Below are positions 34,753 to 43,800 of a stretch of 56,425 nt of DNA, one piece after another. The notes under the pieces were generated by a model. The model was not told the origin of the DNA. It was given only the letters and a program-made list of their open reading frames with translations, and searched no databases. The stretch is from an uncultured Cytophagia bacterium (GTDB lineage Bacteria > Zhuqueibacterota > Zhuqueibacteria > Oleimicrobiales > Geothermoviventaceae). Positions within the stretch are counted from its first letter, which is position 1, and every line of letters begins with the position of its first letter. The stretch covers positions 1-56,425 of the forward strand of contig CAYXFI010000001.1 in the NCBI GenBank assembly GCA_964464205.1, read 5' to 3'. The position numbers and the translations under genes are program-made.

Positions 34753-35136
34753 TTAGCAGTACCAGCACTCGACGTACCACTTCTTGCCTAGATGCTTCTT
34801 CGCATCGCGAAACAGCCTACCGTCACCCGGAATGGTCTCAATCCACAACAGGTCATCGCATAACTCGCCTAGCGAATCACGCAAATCATTCAGATATTCC
34901 GGCGCCACACTGATGGTAATTTCACTGCAGCCACGAATGATCTCTTCGGAAGCAATCACAGGAATCCGCCAACTTGACGGTTTGTCGTGGACCTCGAAGT
35001 GAATAGCCTCGCTCGCTTTCGGCACGTCGAACAATACCCGCAACGTGCTAATATGTATGTAAAATCCTGTCTCTGTTTGATAACAACGTCGCCAATCGGC
35101 GCTATCCTCAAGATCCGGCGTTTTGAACAGCAGCAT
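34753..35136 (-). CDS. Hypothetical protein (127 aa)
   Basis: ATG 35136 preceded by AGGAGGTGA (the ORF track start at 35157 is TTG). Confidence 0.5.
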   Translation of the reverse strand: MLLFKTPDLEDSADWRRCYQTETGFYIHISTLRVLFDVPKASEAIHFEVHDKPSSWRIPVIASEEIIRGCSEITISVAPEYLNDLRDSLGELCDDLLWIETIPGDGRLFRDAKKHLGKKWYVECWYC

Positions 35137-35149
35137 CCCATCACCTCCT

Positions 35150-35350
35150 CTAATCAAACGCCCCGGCCTCGATCATCAGCTTGACGCGATCCACCTCGCG
35201 TTGCAGCCGCCGCTGTTCAGCCGCCCTGGCTCGGTCGATCTGCTCACGCATCCGCTGTACCTCGCGGGCGTGCTGCACTGCCGGCGGCTCAGGTTCCACC
35301 TGGCAGACCACGCCCATCAACGCAAGCATCAACACGCAAGCGCCAACCAT
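35150..35350 (-). CDS. Small protein with hydrophobic N terminus
   Basis: MVGACVLMLALMGVVC followed by a charged helix. Weak RBS. Confidence 0.35.
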   Translation of the reverse strand: MVGACVLMLALMGVVCQVEPEPPAVQHAREVQRMREQIDRARAAEQRRLQREVDRVKLMIEAGAFD

Positions 35351-35414
35351 CTTGCCAAAGTCGGCGAAGCTCAGCCTATCGCAACTATTCAGAATTTCCT
35401 AACTGTTGGCTCAG

Positions 35415-35750
35415 CTACTCGTCCTCATCCAAAGCCCACCTCGCCCACTCGCCTGTGACGTAGTTGAAGCCGAGACACTCCCACAGCTCCTCAGCAACCC
35501 CACCGTACGAACAGCAATGGTCAACTCGGATTCGAGCGCATGGAATGCAGGTGTGGTAGTCCTGAAATATGCCATCCGACCTTCCCTTGGCGTACTCGTA
35601 CAATTCGCCGACCTCTATCTGCCCTCCGCACTCGCAGCACTTGTGTCGTTTTCGGGCCCGGACGTCGCAGCATTCGAAGAATTCCCACGGCTCCCATTCT
35701 ACGTTGCACGCACAGCCGCACTCCATTCCATCAATCGTTGCCATGACCAT
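35415..35750 (-). CDS. Cys-rich (zinc-binding?) protein
   Basis: ATG 35750 with GGAGG upstream. Many CxxC-like pairs (ECGCAC, HKCCECGG, CIPC, HCC). Confidence 0.45.
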   Translation of the reverse strand: MVMATIDGMECGCACNVEWEPWEFFECCDVRARKRHKCCECGGQIEVGELYEYAKGRSDGIFQDYHTCIPCARIRVDHCCSYGGVAEELWECLGFNYVTGEWARWALDEDE

Positions 35751-36078
35751 CCCCCTCCGCAACCCAGTCTTCGAACCGCAGTTTGGCAAGCTCTGCCTGT
35801 TTCTCGGCCAGTCGCGTTTCGACCAGCTTGACGAGCCATTCACGGACAAGTTCCTGCCAGCCTTTCAAGTCACTCATACAGCACACCCGCTCAAGCCGGC
35901 CTCTCGGTTTTTGATGAAAGATCGCAGGCGGTTCATCGCCGCCACCAAAGATGAAGTCAACTCGCGTCATCACCTTCGCAGCCGCAACCACGCTTTCCAG
36001 TCGCTCGACAGTTGCCTGCAATGCGGCCGCATGATCAACGAAATCCCGCATCTTATCGATCTCTTCAGGTGTCATCAT
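35731..36078 (-). CDS. Hypothetical protein (115 aa)
   Basis: GGGAGG just upstream of tandem ATGs. Confidence 0.4.
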   Translation of the reverse strand: MMTPEEIDKMRDFVDHAAALQATVERLESVVAAAKVMTRVDFIFGGGDEPPAIFHQKPRGRLERVCCMSDLKGWQELVREWLVKLVETRLAEKQAELAKLRFEDWVAEGDGHGND

Positions 36079-36104
36079 AACCTCCCAATCACTTGTACGG
36101 AAAC

Positions 36105-36725
36105 TCAGTCTGTGGAGTCTTCATCACCAGCCCCCTGCAAATCGTCGTACTTGTTCATGAGTTCCGCCAACTCGTGGTTGCGTAGGTCGCAACGATCCCT
36201 AACAACTGTCATGTCACACCGCACATTGTTCATCCACTCCACGCACTCCTTGACGAAGTCCTTCCACCACTTGATTTCCTCGTAGGCGTCGCACGTGTCG
36301 CACTTGTCCTCCTTGACTTCCTCATTTTCTGATGGGATCGCTGATTCTCGCCTCGCACGCAGCACAGCTCTTGCGACCGCTTCCAGTTTCTCGACATACC
36401 GTTTAGTTCTTGCGTTCCATGATGCTCGCATTATCACATCAACCGAACAGATCACAATCGGAATCCCGTATATCAACCGTTTCAGCCTGCACACCTCAGC
36501 TATCTGCGTGTCGAGCTGGACCCGCAGCTTGGAGCAGTCGTCCTCTTCGTCGTTCAGCACCGGAGCAATGCGGAATCTGTAATGCTCCAGGTCCCAGCCA
36601 TCAGCTGGATCGTGCGGCTCCCACTTTGGAACAGCTGCCACCTTGCACTGTTTTTCGATCCGCTTGTCTTCGAGAGCCCCCTGCAAGACGACAAGCAAAT
36701 CGCGGGTTTCTTGTAGATCTTTCAT
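36105..36725 (-). CDS. Hypothetical protein (206 aa)
   Basis: Preceded by the 10-mer repeat leader. Confidence 0.5.
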   Translation of the reverse strand: MKDLQETRDLLVVLQGALEDKRIEKQCKVAAVPKWEPHDPADGWDLEHYRFRIAPVLNDEEDDCSKLRVQLDTQIAEVCRLKRLIYGIPIVICSVDVIMRASWNARTKRYVEKLEAVARAVLRARRESAIPSENEEVKEDKCDTCDAYEEIKWWKDFVKECVEWMNNVRCDMTVVRDRCDLRNHELAELMNKYDDLQGAGDEDSTD

Positions 36726-36765
36726 CTGTCGGTTCCTGTCAGTTCCTGTCAGTTCCTGTCAGCTC
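36726..36765. repeat. Four tandem 10-mers CTGTC(A/G)G(T/C)TC
   Basis: 36726-35, 36736-45, 36746-55, 36756-65. On the coding (minus) strand this reads GAGCTGACAGGAACTGACAGGAACTGACAGGAACCGACAG-ATG. Confidence 0.9.
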
Positions 36766-37316
36766 CACTTGATCCCTTCAACCGAGAACCGTCCGAAGTA
36801 GCCGTTCTTCCGCGGACGGAAGAACCCGATCCCGATGAATTGCCCGGCGTCCACGAGGTGGGCTTCAAAAACCTCCTTGTCGATCGTCTCGTCGAAGATA
36901 TTGAACGTTACGTCAGCTTCCCATTGATCAATGACAGGAAACCATTTCCACACGCGAGAACCGTCACCGCGCCGCCCGCTCGCTGGAACGAACAGCTTCA
37001 GCGGTTCCACGTCCTTGGCCTTGATCGGCAGAACAACGGGGTCCAGGACGAGAATCCCAGCCTCGAAGTGCTTGGTGTACGTCGCCTTTCCCTTACCAGG
37101 GATCTGGATCGACTTGTACTTCGCCGCCTCGGCAATACAATTTTTGAACGCCATCGGCGGGATGAAGACGTACCCGTCTTTCGTGACGTGCATCCGCTCA
37201 CGCCAGTTCTGTTTCTCGAACTCATTGTGAGTCATGTCGCGCGGCTTCTCGCTTTGAAAAGCAGCAGACTGACCGTAAGGGGAAACGCTCTTCAAACTAG
37301 CAACCGCGATCTTCAT
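36759..37316 (-). CDS. Hypothetical protein (185 aa)
   Basis: AAGGAG RBS. No motif named. Confidence 0.55.
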   Translation of the reverse strand: MKIAVASLKSVSPYGQSAAFQSEKPRDMTHNEFEKQNWRERMHVTKDGYVFIPPMAFKNCIAEAAKYKSIQIPGKGKATYTKHFEAGILVLDPVVLPIKAKDVEPLKLFVPASGRRGDGSRVWKWFPVIDQWEADVTFNIFDETIDKEVFEAHLVDAGQFIGIGFFRPRKNGYFGRFSVEGIKWS

Positions 37317-37343
37317 CTCTAATCTCCTTGCAGGTAAAAGGAA

Positions 37344-37558
37344 GTCTCGTCTCGGCCGGTCGAGTCGCGTTGTATCGAGTCTTGTTCCATCCCGTCCTGT
37401 CGGGTCGGGTCGTGGCGGGGCTGGCCTGATCTCATCATGTCCTGTCGGGTCGGGTCCTGTCGGGGCTGGCCTGATCTCATCATGTCATGTCGTGTCTCGT
37501 CTCGTCGTGTCCTAACCTGTTCAGTCTGGTGCAGGCGCGTCGGGTCTGGTCAAGTCAT
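37344..37558. repeat. Phased pentamer array A, (GTCNN)n, ~43 units
   Basis: 25 GTC, all starting at coordinates ending in 4 or 9, none in any other phase. Includes a 45-bp tandem duplication, 37394-37438 / 37439-37483. Confidence 0.9.
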
Positions 37559-37559
37559 A

Positions 37560-38057
37560 TCAAGATTTCCCGTTGTCTTGTTTGCCGATAAAGAGCTTGA
37601 CGGTCTGATCGAAGTTCAACAACGAATCTGGCGACTTCTCGCTGATGAGCTTCGTTGCTCGCTCCCCGGTCGCCTTGCGGGTGAAGTACAGCTGCGTCCC
37701 GTAGGTGTGATAAACCATTCGTTCCGACTCGTTCAGCTTTGACGGATCGCAGCAAGTATGGGTGCGAATGGCGCGGCCGGCGCGACGGTGCATGATTCTC
37801 CTGGACTTCCCGGCCTGCATGGGGATTTCGTTGTTCTTCAGCCTGCGCACCCCTTTCTTCGGAACAGTCTCGAACGTCACCGATAGATGACGCTCGCAAT
37901 GCCGTCTTGCTGTCCAAACCAGGCCGTTCGCCTCTCTGCGACAATCACGGCCGACCAACTCCGACAACTCGTCCCAAGCAACCAGCTCTCCCTCCTCCAG
38001 CTCTTCCAACCGCTGGATGAGTTGCTGGGTTTCGAGTGACATCTCGAAAGGTTTCAT
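37560..38057 (-). CDS. Basic 166-aa protein flanked by the pentamer arrays
   Basis: ATG 38057 with GGAG 9 nt upstream (ORF track: 38096). No motif recognised; K/R-rich. Confidence 0.5.
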   Translation of the reverse strand: MKPFEMSLETQQLIQRLEELEEGELVAWDELSELVGRDCRREANGLVWTARRHCERHLSVTFETVPKKGVRRLKNNEIPMQAGKSRRIMHRRAGRAIRTHTCCDPSKLNESERMVYHTYGTQLYFTRKATGERATKLISEKSPDSLLNFDQTVKLFIGKQDNGKS

Positions 38058-38086
38058 GGGATTACTCCGATCGAAGAGCACGGCTG

Positions 38087-38284
38087 GTCTTGTCATGTTC
38101 GGTCACGTTGAGTCTCGTTATGTTCCGTCACATCTTGTCTCGTCTCGTCGGGTCCGGTCATATCGAGTCCGGTCATATCCAGTCCAGTCCGGTCCCGTCA
38201 CATCTTGTCGGGTCTCAATCAGTCCTGGCAGGTCAAGATGAGTCCGGTCGTGACTCGTCCCGTCTCAATCAGTCCGGTCGGGTC
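38087..38284. repeat. Phased pentamer array B, (GTCNN)n, ~40 units
   Basis: 27 GTC, all starting at coordinates ending in 2 or 7. Sub-repeats CCGTCACATCTTGTC x2, GTCCGGTCATATC x2, GTCTCAATCAGTCC x2. Confidence 0.9.
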
Positions 38285-38516
38285 GTGTTGCTTCAGATGT
38301 TTCCGGCTCGTCTTTCTGCTCGCTTTCCTCCTTGACCTCATCCGCCGCGGCTTTCCTGCACACCTCGGCTGCTGCGCCGAACAGGGAGTCGGAGTTGCGG
38401 CGATCGAGCCACGCGGCTTTCTCCAGCACCTCGAACGCCTGAGCCAACCGCTTCTTCTCCGACTTCGAGAACACAACCTCAACGCTTCCGTCCAAACAGA
38501 GCTGAGCTTTCATCAA
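38265..38516 (-). CDS. Hypothetical protein (83 aa)
   Basis: Its 3' end runs into array B, so the true stop is uncertain. Confidence 0.35.
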   Translation of the reverse strand: MMKAQLCLDGSVEVVFSKSEKKRLAQAFEVLEKAAWLDRRNSDSLFGAAAEVCRKAAADEVKEESEQKDEPETSEATRPDRTD

Positions 38517-38525
38517 ACAATCCTT

Positions 38526-38795
38526 TCACGTTGCATAGGGAACATCTTTGAACTGTGGAAAAATCGCCAGAGCAATACGCTCTGGAATCTTGTCTCCATG
38601 TCGAAGAACTTCGCCGAACTCTGCGTGATGCGAGAAACCCGGAACGTTTGCGCAGTACGCACACCATGCGCCCTCGATCCTCGTTTTCGCGGCGCACAGA
38701 ACATGCTGATGAAGAGCCGCGATCGCAATCGTCGGCTCCCACTCTGCGAACTCGTTCTCGCTCTCTGGGAACTCGTACCGTCCAAACTTCTTCAT
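38526..38795 (-). CDS. Hypothetical protein (89 aa)
   Basis: Compact ORF directly after the SNF2 gene. Confidence 0.45.
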   Translation of the reverse strand: MKKFGRYEFPESENEFAEWEPTIAIAALHQHVLCAAKTRIEGAWCAYCANVPGFSHHAEFGEVLRHGDKIPERIALAIFPQFKDVPYAT

Positions 38796-38797
38796 CG

Positions 38798-40153
38798 CTA
38801 GACCTCTTGCCTTTTTCTGAGCCCCTCCAGCACGCTCTCGATCACATTCCGCTTTGACGCCAAGGCCTTGTAGACCGTCTCGTCTACCGTGTTCTCAGCG
38901 ATCAAATGGTAGAACTGAACGTGACGCCGTTGCCCGGGGCGGTGAACACGAGCCAGCGCCTGGTCGTAGTTGCCCAGCGACCAGCACGCCGAGTAAATGA
39001 TCACGTATGAGGATCGTGTCAAGTCGATGCCCAGCCCACCCGCCTGATACTGCACGGCCAGCACATCGATCTCTTCTGGCATCGTTGCTTTGTCTGTTAG
39101 GTCGCGGCGGTTGCCACTGACTTCGCCGTAGCGGCGGCCGAGTTTCTTGCAAACTCGCTTGACAGCCAGCATATCGGCTTTGAACTCGCAGAAGACGACG
39201 ACGGGATCGGAGAGGTCTTCGAGGAGCTCGCGGAGCTCGTCGCTCTTACTGGCGTGGACTTCTGTCAGGGAATCCACGTCGTCCGGCTGGAGAAAGCCGT
39301 TGACGCATTGTCGGAGCCGGAGCGTCTTGACTAGGGCGTTGGCCGCTGTGATGAACCCATCGTCCAGCATGGCGCAGAAATCCAGTTCCAGGTCCTTGTA
39401 GATCTTGCGGGCTTTTGCCGGCAGCTCGAAGCTGCGGATATGGTGCTGGGCTTCCGGGAGATCGAGAACGTCGGCCGAGACCTGGTAGGCGAGCAGGCCG
39501 AATTTCTGTTGGAGGATGTCCAGGTTCTTGTAGCCGGTGATCATCTGCGGGATGACTGGGTTTGTTCGCTGGGCGTACGTGTTGCGGAACCGCGTCCAGT
39601 AGATGCCGAACAGGCTCGGGGCGAGGAAGCGGTACTGGCCGAAGATGCTCAGCGGGTCACGGACCATGGGCGTGCCGGAGAGGCAGAGCCGCCGGCGCGC
39701 TCGGTTGGAAATCCGCATCATGAACTTGCTGATGCGGGTCCCGTGGGGCCCGAACCGGTGCGATTCGTCCGCCACAATCGCGTCCCACACTCGTTCCATG
39801 ACGAGCTGATTAAAGGGCGGCCGCCAGAGACTCTCATAGTTCTGGACGACCGCCAGGGGGCGCTGATCGGTCTGGAGCGCTGATTTGGCGACCTGAGTCT
39901 GAGTCGCGACGGTACCGCGGTCGAGGACGACCACACGGTACCGCGGCGCCCACTTGGCGAACTCGCGCCGCCAGACGCCTCGGACGTTGCACGGGCAGGC
40001 GACGAGAACCAGTTGAGAATCCCAGTGCGAGAGTAGGTCGCAGACCACTCGGCTTTTGCCCGTTCCCATCGCCATGGCGAGCATGGTGGCCTGCTTGTCT
40101 CGCGCGAAAGCGAATGCGCGATCCTGATGTCTCCAGCGGGGGGGAGAAGCCAT
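38798..40153 (-). CDS. SNF2/DEAD-like SF2 helicase
   Basis: MAMGTGKS (I), IVADESHRF (II), CLSGTPMVRDP (III), GGLGIDLT (V), QALARVHRPGQ (VI). Confidence 0.9.
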   Translation of the reverse strand: MASPPRWRHQDRAFAFARDKQATMLAMAMGTGKSRVVCDLLSHWDSQLVLVACPCNVRGVWRREFAKWAPRYRVVVLDRGTVATQTQVAKSALQTDQRPLAVVQNYESLWRPPFNQLVMERVWDAIVADESHRFGPHGTRISKFMMRISNRARRRLCLSGTPMVRDPLSIFGQYRFLAPSLFGIYWTRFRNTYAQRTNPVIPQMITGYKNLDILQQKFGLLAYQVSADVLDLPEAQHHIRSFELPAKARKIYKDLELDFCAMLDDGFITAANALVKTLRLRQCVNGFLQPDDVDSLTEVHASKSDELRELLEDLSDPVVVFCEFKADMLAVKRVCKKLGRRYGEVSGNRRDLTDKATMPEEIDVLAVQYQAGGLGIDLTRSSYVIIYSACWSLGNYDQALARVHRPGQRRHVQFYHLIAENTVDETVYKALASKRNVIESVLEGLRKRQEV

Positions 40154-40159
40154 GTTTTT

Positions 40160-40321
40160 CTACCGCTCTTTCTTTTCGCGGGGGTCCACCCGCGAGATCT
40201 TGAGCTCTTTCGGCGCGCTGATGCCGAGCTTGACTCGTCTTCCGTCGATCCTGATGACTGTGATCATGATCTCGTCGCCGATCGAGATCCGCTCATCTAC
40301 ATTCCGTGTAAGAACCAGCAT
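40160..40321 (-). CDS. csrA: CsrA/RsmA-family RNA-binding translational regulator (53 aa)
   Basis: MLVLTRNVDERISIGDEIMITVIRIDGRRVKLGISAPKELKISRVD compared with E. coli CsrA [46 protein letters not shown]. AGGAG 8 nt upstream of ATG 40321. ORF track gives the longer 40160..40462. Confidence 0.85.
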   Translation of the reverse strand: MLVLTRNVDERISIGDEIMITVIRIDGRRVKLGISAPKELKISRVDPREKKER

Positions 40322-40458
40322 TGACCTGCTCCTAGAAAACGCCGCTCGCTTCGGCTCCGTCGTACGATCCATCCCACGAGCGGCAGAATCCGTTCTCTCT
40401 CCAAATCCTATCGGAGGTCTGCATGTCTCCATGAAGGTACTAAAAGATTCGTACCCAG

Positions 40459-40797
40459 TCAACCCTCTTCTTGAGAATTTTCTCGCGCTTTTTTTGCGAC
40501 TCCATCACGATAAAGTTGATCGGGATCATCATCAAGAGGATGGATCATTCCTTTGCGGTTCACGCGGCGAGTCGAGACAAGCAGAGACAACGGGACGCCG
40601 AGGGCACGAGCAATATCGCTCGCAATTCGCAGCGTGATCCCCTTTCGGCGTCCGTTCTCGATGTCAGAAATGTCGCTCGGGCGGTAGCCGGAAATACGAG
40701 CTAAGCCGCGTTGGCTCAAATGCAAGGCGCGTCGGACCGCCGCCATGTTCGCGATGAATGCTTCCACTTCCGGCCGGATCTCGTTGTTCTTAACCAT
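40459..40797 (-). CDS. XRE (Cro/C1-type) helix-turn-helix regulator
   Basis: LHLSQRGLARISGYRPSDISDIENGRR. Confidence 0.8.
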   Translation of the reverse strand: MVKNNEIRPEVEAFIANMAAVRRALHLSQRGLARISGYRPSDISDIENGRRKGITLRIASDIARALGVPLSLLVSTRRVNRKGMIHPLDDDPDQLYRDGVAKKARENSQEEG

Positions 40798-40827
40798 GCC
40801 CCCATACTACTAATCTATTCGTACGGG

Positions 40828-43800
40828 TCAAGGCAGATTCAATTTCAGCCGGAGTTTGCGGCGTTTTGGAGCCGGACGGCGCGCCTGGTAGGTTTGGAGT
40901 CCCACGCCGAAGATCGCCAGAAGGCTCAGCGCGGCGCCCTTCGGAACACCTTGCTCCCGCATCGCTTCGTAGATATCTCGCGTCGTGATCGGGATCAAGG
41001 CATCCTTGGCCAGCGAGACAGCGGTAACCTTCTCCCCAACGATGTTTTCACCGTTGAAGTAATTGGCGATGCCTCCAAGCCAGGGGGACAGCTTTGTCCG
41101 CATGAATCGCCCCACCGTTCCCATAGTCGTTCGGCCGCCGTAGGGACGCTCCGGACCCCGGAGAGCGACAACCCGCCCGCCGGCGGTCTTCCGCTTGCCC
41201 AGAATGACCTGGGATGACACAACAGCGGTCTGGGACAGGCCGGCCAGCGGGTCGAGTCGCGTGTTGCCGAATCGGATCTTCCCGAAATCCGTGGACAGCG
41301 GGTTGATCTCGATTTTCGGGATGTTGTCGTCGTCAGCGCCCATCGCCGCCATAGCGCCGCCGATCAGAGCGAGTGACCCGTAGAACAGCCCGTAGCCCAT
41401 CAGTGCTCGCCCGTATTCCTTGGCAATCAGTTTCCGGGCCTGATTGGCGTCGCCCCAGGCAATATGCCCTTCCTTCTTGAGCGGTTTCCAGAGCGGGTAG
41501 CCGATCATCAGTTGAAAACGGCTCATCACGTATCGCGGAGCGAAAAACGTTATCCCAAGGTTCTGGGCTGAGCGCTCCAGGGCGCCAAGGGGCCCTCGGC
41601 CTGTTGCGATGTTGACGTAATCTGCGATCAGCTTCGCCTCGTCCATCGTGATTTCGCGGTCCCGGGCGATCTTGTCCGCCATCTGATCGAACAGATCCGC
41701 CCGCATCTTGTTCAGAACCGTCACGTAGGCCCGTTCCGAGCCGCGGACCCCAGCGCCGAGCCAGCCGCCTGTGCCCGCCTTCTTGAACAGATGTCCAGCA
41801 TACGCCTCTTCCTGGGCGGTGAAATCGCCGAGAATGTCGGTGATCGCCAACCCGGCGCGGTAGTAGATCGGAGCGTTCTCGCGGTTGCGGATCTCCTCCA
41901 TGACCTCGAAATGCGACTGATCGCTCAGAGCTGACTCGATCATCGGTCGGACCGTGTTTTTCGTCAACTTCGGATGAGAAGCTGCAACCCAGCCGCCTTG
42001 CCGCAGCAAGCCTGAGAACTCAAAGCTCGTCAAAACCGCTCTGGACGTGTTGAGTGTGCGAGCTATCATGTCGAACCCGCGTTCCACTGTGTTGAACTTC
42101 TCTCGCTCCAGAACCTCCTGGTAGAGCCTGATCTCCTTTTTCGCCTGCTCGATCTTGTAGAGAACGTCGAGCTGCTCCTGGGTGTGCTGCCGCTCAGGGC
42201 GCCGGCGCTTAGCGAAGTCGCCGCGGGCGATCCGATCGAGATAATCGGCCAGTCGTTTCTGGAGCTGGGCATTGTAGGCGTAATCCGGCCGCTCCTTCTG
42301 CCTCAGGGCCTCTCGCTCTGCTTTGAGTGCTTCGAGGCGAGCGCGCCGGGCGTCGATCGCTTCGCTGCGGCGGACCGTACGAGGCTTCCCCCAGATCCGC
42401 CCTTCCGCCAGATCCTTCTCCATGTTCTTGATGAGTCGATCCAGGGTTTTAACGGTCCGGCGCTCCAGCTCTTCCTCGGTCGGCGGCGCTTTCGGGAACA
42501 CCTGTCGATGCAGCTTCTTGACTTCAGCCAGCTGGCGGCGAAGCTCCTTGAGCTCTGCGTCTTCCTCCAGCTTCACCTTGTCGCGAGTGATCCGCTCCTT
42601 GTGGGCGATCTCGTACTGCATGTCCCGGATCGAGTTCCGGATCGCCGTCTTGACGCTCGAAAGGGTGGTTTTGAGCCTCCGGGCCGGGTCAAAGGGCCCA
42701 AATTTCGCCAATTTCATGGCCTCGCGGACTTTCTTCTCCAACCGGCGCTGCTCATCCTCCGGCCGATACTGCTCCATGCCCTTCTTCGGCGGCGCTTTTC
42801 CGTTCTCGATGTCGATCAATCTGGCGATTTGGGTGAGCTCGCCGCGGATGCGGCGAACTTCCTGAAGCACCTCGGTCTTGTTGAGCGGCCGGAAGCGGTC
42901 GTAGGCGGCGATTGCTTTGAGAGTGTCCAGACGGCTCCAGGACTCGCCAAACATCTCAGACAGTTCCCCGTGGACCTGATCCGCAATCTCTTCCCGCATC
43001 GCCGCTTTTTCCTCGTCGCTGCGGCCTTCCAGCGTTCTGCCCTCCTCGGCCCAGGAAGTGACGATCGACTTGACCATTTTGTAGGCCAGGTCGTAGATCT
43101 CCTCGGTCTCTTCCGTGGTCACGTCGAACGTGTCGGAGGCGAAGTCCAGCTTTGCCTGTTTCCAGCCCTCGCGGGCCAGGTCGTGGTACTTGGCGGCCTC
43201 GTCCTCGCCCAAATCGACCTTGAGATTCTGGAAATACTCCTGGAACGTGACGACACCCAGCTCCATGTAAGCCGCGGCGACATTGGCGGCGTCCCGGATG
43301 ACCTCGGGCGGGAACCCGCCGATCGTCGCCGTTTCACCCCGGGCGAACGACTTGAGCGACTCGCGGAGTTTGGCGACTGCGGCGTCTTTCTTGCTCCGGG
43401 CCGCCCGGCGCCGCTTCGACTCGCGCCGGCGCCCGGGGCGCTCCGCTGGCGGGATCGGCTCAGCGCCGGGTCCGCGCCCCTCCGGCGCAGGTCCAGCGCC
43501 TCTTTTCACTTCTTCCCTCGCCTCGGCGACGGTAGCGTCGAAGGCGTCCTGGATGAGAAGATCCTCGAACTGATCCTGCCAGCCCTTGATTTGCTCGGCG
43601 AGCTTCTGAAGCGTCGCCAGTTCCTCCGACGTGAGCGCCGCGCCCTTGGACGCCATGACGCGCCGGGTGAGCCCCGCGAGGCTGTAGTCGGCCGCCAGGA
43701 CGACTTTGCGAGCCATGAGGGAGTAACTGGCGCGGGTGCCCGCCTCCTTCGTCGCCGACTCGACGGAGCGGATCTTTTCGAGCAGCTCCATCTGGCGGTC

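Noticed and set aside
37437-38335. Plus-strand ORFs 37437..37742, 38017..38241 and 38036..38335 (MSCRVGSCRG..., VSSRRV... style).
   Set aside because: They run through the pentamer arrays. A strict 5-nt periodicity is incompatible with a conserved reading frame, and the peptides are low-complexity artefacts.
40160-40462. The 100-aa version of the CsrA ORF given in the ORF track.
   Set aside because: The N-terminal 47 residues have no counterpart in CsrA. The canonical MLVLTR start at 40321 has AGGAG 8 nt upstream.
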